Positions 61,283 through 64,000 of a stretch of 64,000 nt of DNA are shown here, in pieces (the first letter of the stretch is position 1; every line of letters begins with the position of its first letter). This DNA comes from an uncultured bacterium. GTDB taxonomy: Bacteria > CSSED10-310 > CAZUFC01. The position numbers and the translations under genes are program-made. The stretch covers positions 1 to 64,000 of the forward strand of contig CAZUFC010000027.1 in assembly GCA_964619725.1 (NCBI GenBank), given 5' to 3'. The notes under the pieces are model-generated. The model did not search any database. It was given only the letters and a program-made list of their open reading frames with translations, and was not told where the DNA came from.

Positions 61283-62302
61283 TTATGCGGTTTTTTCGAA
61301 TAATTTCGTTACTTCATCAGATTCCGGCGGTTTTATGGTTTCCCAAACCCCGTTTCTTTTGATCCTGATGCCTGAGCTTCGGGGCATGACTCTGCCGATA
61401 ATGGCGGCGTGAATCCCATTGTTCGACAGACGTTTTTGCATGTTGACCGCTTCATGCATGGGCACTGCAATCAGCAGGGCTCCCGAAGCGATAAGTTTCA
61501 GGGGATCGAGTCTGTAGAAATCGCAGAATTTGTCTGTCGAATCGAAGATATGGATTTTATCGGCAAAAAAGTCGCCGCCCATTTGAATTCCGTCAAGCAA
61601 TTCGTAAATGCCTCCTAAGAGTCCTCCTTCCGTCACATCATGCATGGCATGAACCTGGCCGGTTTCAGCCGCCAGGATAGCTTCTTTGACCACGCTTATT
61701 CCAGGCTTTTCGAGCAACTGCAGACCCTCTTTCACCGTCTGTTCTCCGAACTCGCGTTTCAGTTCTTCGGATTTTTCGGCGGCGATAATGGTCGTTCCTT
61801 CTATAGCGACCCCTTTTGTCAACAATATCAGATCGCCGGCCTCCGTCTGTTTTTTGTCTATGAGTTTTCCTTCTTCCACTTCTCCGAAAACAGCGCCGAT
61901 CAATATGGGTCGGTCGAGTCCTTCCGTAATTTCGGTGTGTCCGCCCACAACGGTTATATTTATTGACTTGCAGGTCTGATACAGTTCATCAAAAATTTCT
62001 TCAATCCGCTGTTTTTCAATTCCGGGCGGCAGCAGCATCGTTACCGCCATCCAGCGGGGTACCGCGCCCATGGATGCTATGTCATTGGCGTTGACGTGAA
62101 TGAGATACCAGGCCGGACGATTCGAGGTGAAAGTTATCGGATCAGTTTTGACCACAAGCAATTTCGATCCGGTCCTGATTACGCCGCAGTCCTCGCCGGG
62201 ACGCGGACCTATTATAACGCTGTCGTCAGTGATTTCCTGTCTGGCCAGTAACTCCTGTAAAAAATGATAAGGAAGTTTGCCGATTGTATAATTCTCTTTC
62301 AA
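61283..62302 (-). CDS. AIR synthase/HypE-family (PurM-like) protein
   Basis: GKLP, GP.PGEDC, TDPIT, NANDIA.MGA.P, GGHTE, MHDVTEGG, ASGALL. Start uncertain (TTG 62302; ORF track 62380). Confidence 0.87.
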   Translation of the reverse strand: MKENYTIGKLPYHFLQELLARQEITDDSVIIGPRPGEDCGVIRTGSKLLVVKTDPITFTSNRPAWYLIHVNANDIASMGAVPRWMAVTMLLPPGIEKQRIEEIFDELYQTCKSINITVVGGHTEITEGLDRPILIGAVFGEVEEGKLIDKKQTEAGDLILLTKGVAIEGTTIIAAEKSEELKREFGEQTVKEGLQLLEKPGISVVKEAILAAETGQVHAMHDVTEGGLLGGIYELLDGIQMGGDFFADKIHIFDSTDKFCDFYRLDPLKLIASGALLIAVPMHEAVNMQKRLSNNGIHAAIIGRVMPRSSGIRIKRNGVWETIKPPESDEVTKLFEKTA

Positions 62303-63183
62303 ATGAATCGGCCCCTTTCCGATACGCTCCTCAAAAGCCCGCTGATTAAGTAAAGTAACATAAAACATTTCCGCCTGCAACTCTTATCAAAGCCTCAGCC
62401 CGGATTTCTCATCCAAAACCTGTTCTGAAAGTCCATATCCCCGCGCCTTCAAGCGCTGCTCCCTGCGGACTTGCTCAGCATAGCGCCGCTATGCTTACGC
62501 AGGACTCTGGTCCGCCCGCCTTGCGGGATCGAATCTGCGGGAAGCTGGATGATCTCATTGCGATTTTGTATGAAAACTAGGGATTAATCCTTGCTTAACA
62601 GGCGAAATCAACCGCAAATAGAAACTTAAATGCAAATTCATGAAATTCAGGCAGTGAACTAAATTCGGCTTTTCGATGTTACAGTTCGGGCAGTAAGCAA
62701 TCTGCGCAAGGACGGGGAATATCATAAATTCAATAGACGCTTGTGGTTCCGTAAGAGGAAAAACAACCCCCGATACGCTGATGTCCATGCTTCGTCGCGA
62801 GCGACTCGCATCGAAATAAGCGTATCTTACCCCTTTATTAATCTCAGCAAAGCCCAGGATTTAAGCTAACGGAGTGAGCGCTGCCCTGGGTAAGAACAAG
62901 AAATATTAAAATCCTGAAAGGGATTAACAGGAAAAGTTCGGTTGTCCTTATCAGGAGTTTTGAAATTGTTTCCCCGTTTTAATCAGTCACGAAAATCAGA
63001 TGAAGCATCTGGCGCTTCGGGGGAGAATAGAGGTTATGTTTTCCGGCGTTCTGCAGCTTTATCGTCGGAGGAGAATCCGGCATCTTACTTCATAGAGAAA
63101 TGAGTCCGGGTCCGGGCGCGTCGCGGATTCTTTGTTGATGTCGTCTGTTTGAAATCATATGATCTATGAGGGAAGCGGATAAG

Positions 63184-64000
63184 ATGAAAAACAAAATCCT
63201 GAGAATACTGTTTCTTGCCGACACGCATTTGGGGATTGATATGCCTTTGCGGCCGCGGATCGAGAGGAGGCGACGCGGCGAAGATTTTTTTCATAATTAC
63301 CGGCTTGCTCTGAAACCGGCATTTGAGAAGAAAATAGATATGGTCGTTCACGGAGGCGATGTATTCTTCCGCAGCAGGGTTGCTGCAAATATCGCACTTC
63401 AGGCTTTTGAGCCGCTCATTCAAATAGCTGATTCCGGAATACCGGTAATAATCGTTCCTGGAAATCACGAAAGGTCAAAATTGCCGTATCCGCTTTTAGT
63501 TTCCCATCCTCATATTTACGTTTTCAGGCGACCCCAGACGTTCCTTTTCCGGATAAACGGCCTGGTTGCCGCTTTGTCGGGTTTCCCTTATTATCCCAAA
63601 ACGATAAAACGGGATTTCGCCGCGGTCCTGGAAAAAACGGGATGGCGTAACGTGAAGGCTGATATCCGGCTGCTTTGCATTCATCATATTATAGAAGGTG
63701 CTGTCGTCGGTCCTGCTGATTATGTTTTCAGAAGACAACCCGACGTCATTCAGGGCGTCGATCTGCCCTCCGGTTTCGCAGGCTTTCTGTCAGGACATAT
63801 TCACCGGTTTCAGACTCTTGATCGCAGTTTGTCCGGCAAGCCGTTTCCCGCGCCCGTTTTTTATCCGGGTTCGATAGAGAGGACTTCTTTTGCTGAAAAA
63901 TCTGAAAAAAAGGGGTATCTCATTATTGAAGCGGTCAGCGGAGATGTTCCCGGCGGAAGGGTTGACGACTGGAGTTTCGTTGAACTGCCGGCAAGGCCTA
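63184..64000 (+). CDS. Metallophosphoesterase, SbcD/Mre11-like (runs off the window; not in the ORF track)
   Basis: My translation gives MKNKILRILFLADTHLG, HGGDVF, PGNHE, SGHIH, YPGSIERTSFAE..KGY. Confidence 0.85.
   Translation, partial: MKNKILRILFLADTHLGIDMPLRPRIERRRRGEDFFHNYRLALKPAFEKKIDMVVHGGDVFFRSRVAANIALQAFEPLIQIADSGIPVIIVPGNHERSKLPYPLLVSHPHIYVFRRPQTFLFRINGLVAALSGFPYYPKTIKRDFAAVLEKTGWRNVKADIRLLCIHHIIEGAVVGPADYVFRRQPDVIQGVDLPSGFAGFLSGHIHRFQTLDRSLSGKPFPAPVFYPGSIERTSFAEKSEKKGYLIIEAVSGDVPGGRVDDWSFVELPARP

Noticed and set aside
62555-62788. 77-aa ORF with CPNC
   Set aside because: No clear RBS, no second CxxC and no recognisable family; unsupported.

Overview
64-kb bacterial chromosomal window with no rRNA, tRNA or CRISPR detected; it is probably from a poorly characterised lineage with many Pro/Thr-linker surface proteins (inference). 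In order it holds: a DUF418 membrane protein; a TolC-YHS-CusB-CusA heavy-metal efflux operon bracketed by composite repeats; two TMTC-like membrane+TPR proteins; a 15.5-kb segment (15.9-31.4 kb) punctuated by nine copies of GGGGTCAGAGCCC around a RAYT-type Y1 transposase, where the repeats delimit intact genes (cyclase-STAND-TPR, beta-helix protein, 2.4-kaa FG-GAP protein) and three gene fragments; a MetRS fused to a B3/4 domain; a structured leader before a small-protein/V4R/V4R/cysteine desulfurase cluster; more surface proteins with a shared IPTL-CTERM-like tail; two more TMTC-like proteins; a collagen-S74 protein; an ATP-grasp/degenerate M20 fusion with GGT; an active/inactive transglutaminase pair; WecB-like, GT2 and AIR-synthase-family genes; and a partial SbcD-like nuclease. 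The best novelty candidates are the REP/RAYT-delimited cassette-like array, the MetRS-B3/4 fusion and the V4R operon with its leader RNA. All family calls come from recognising motifs by eye; no searches were run.
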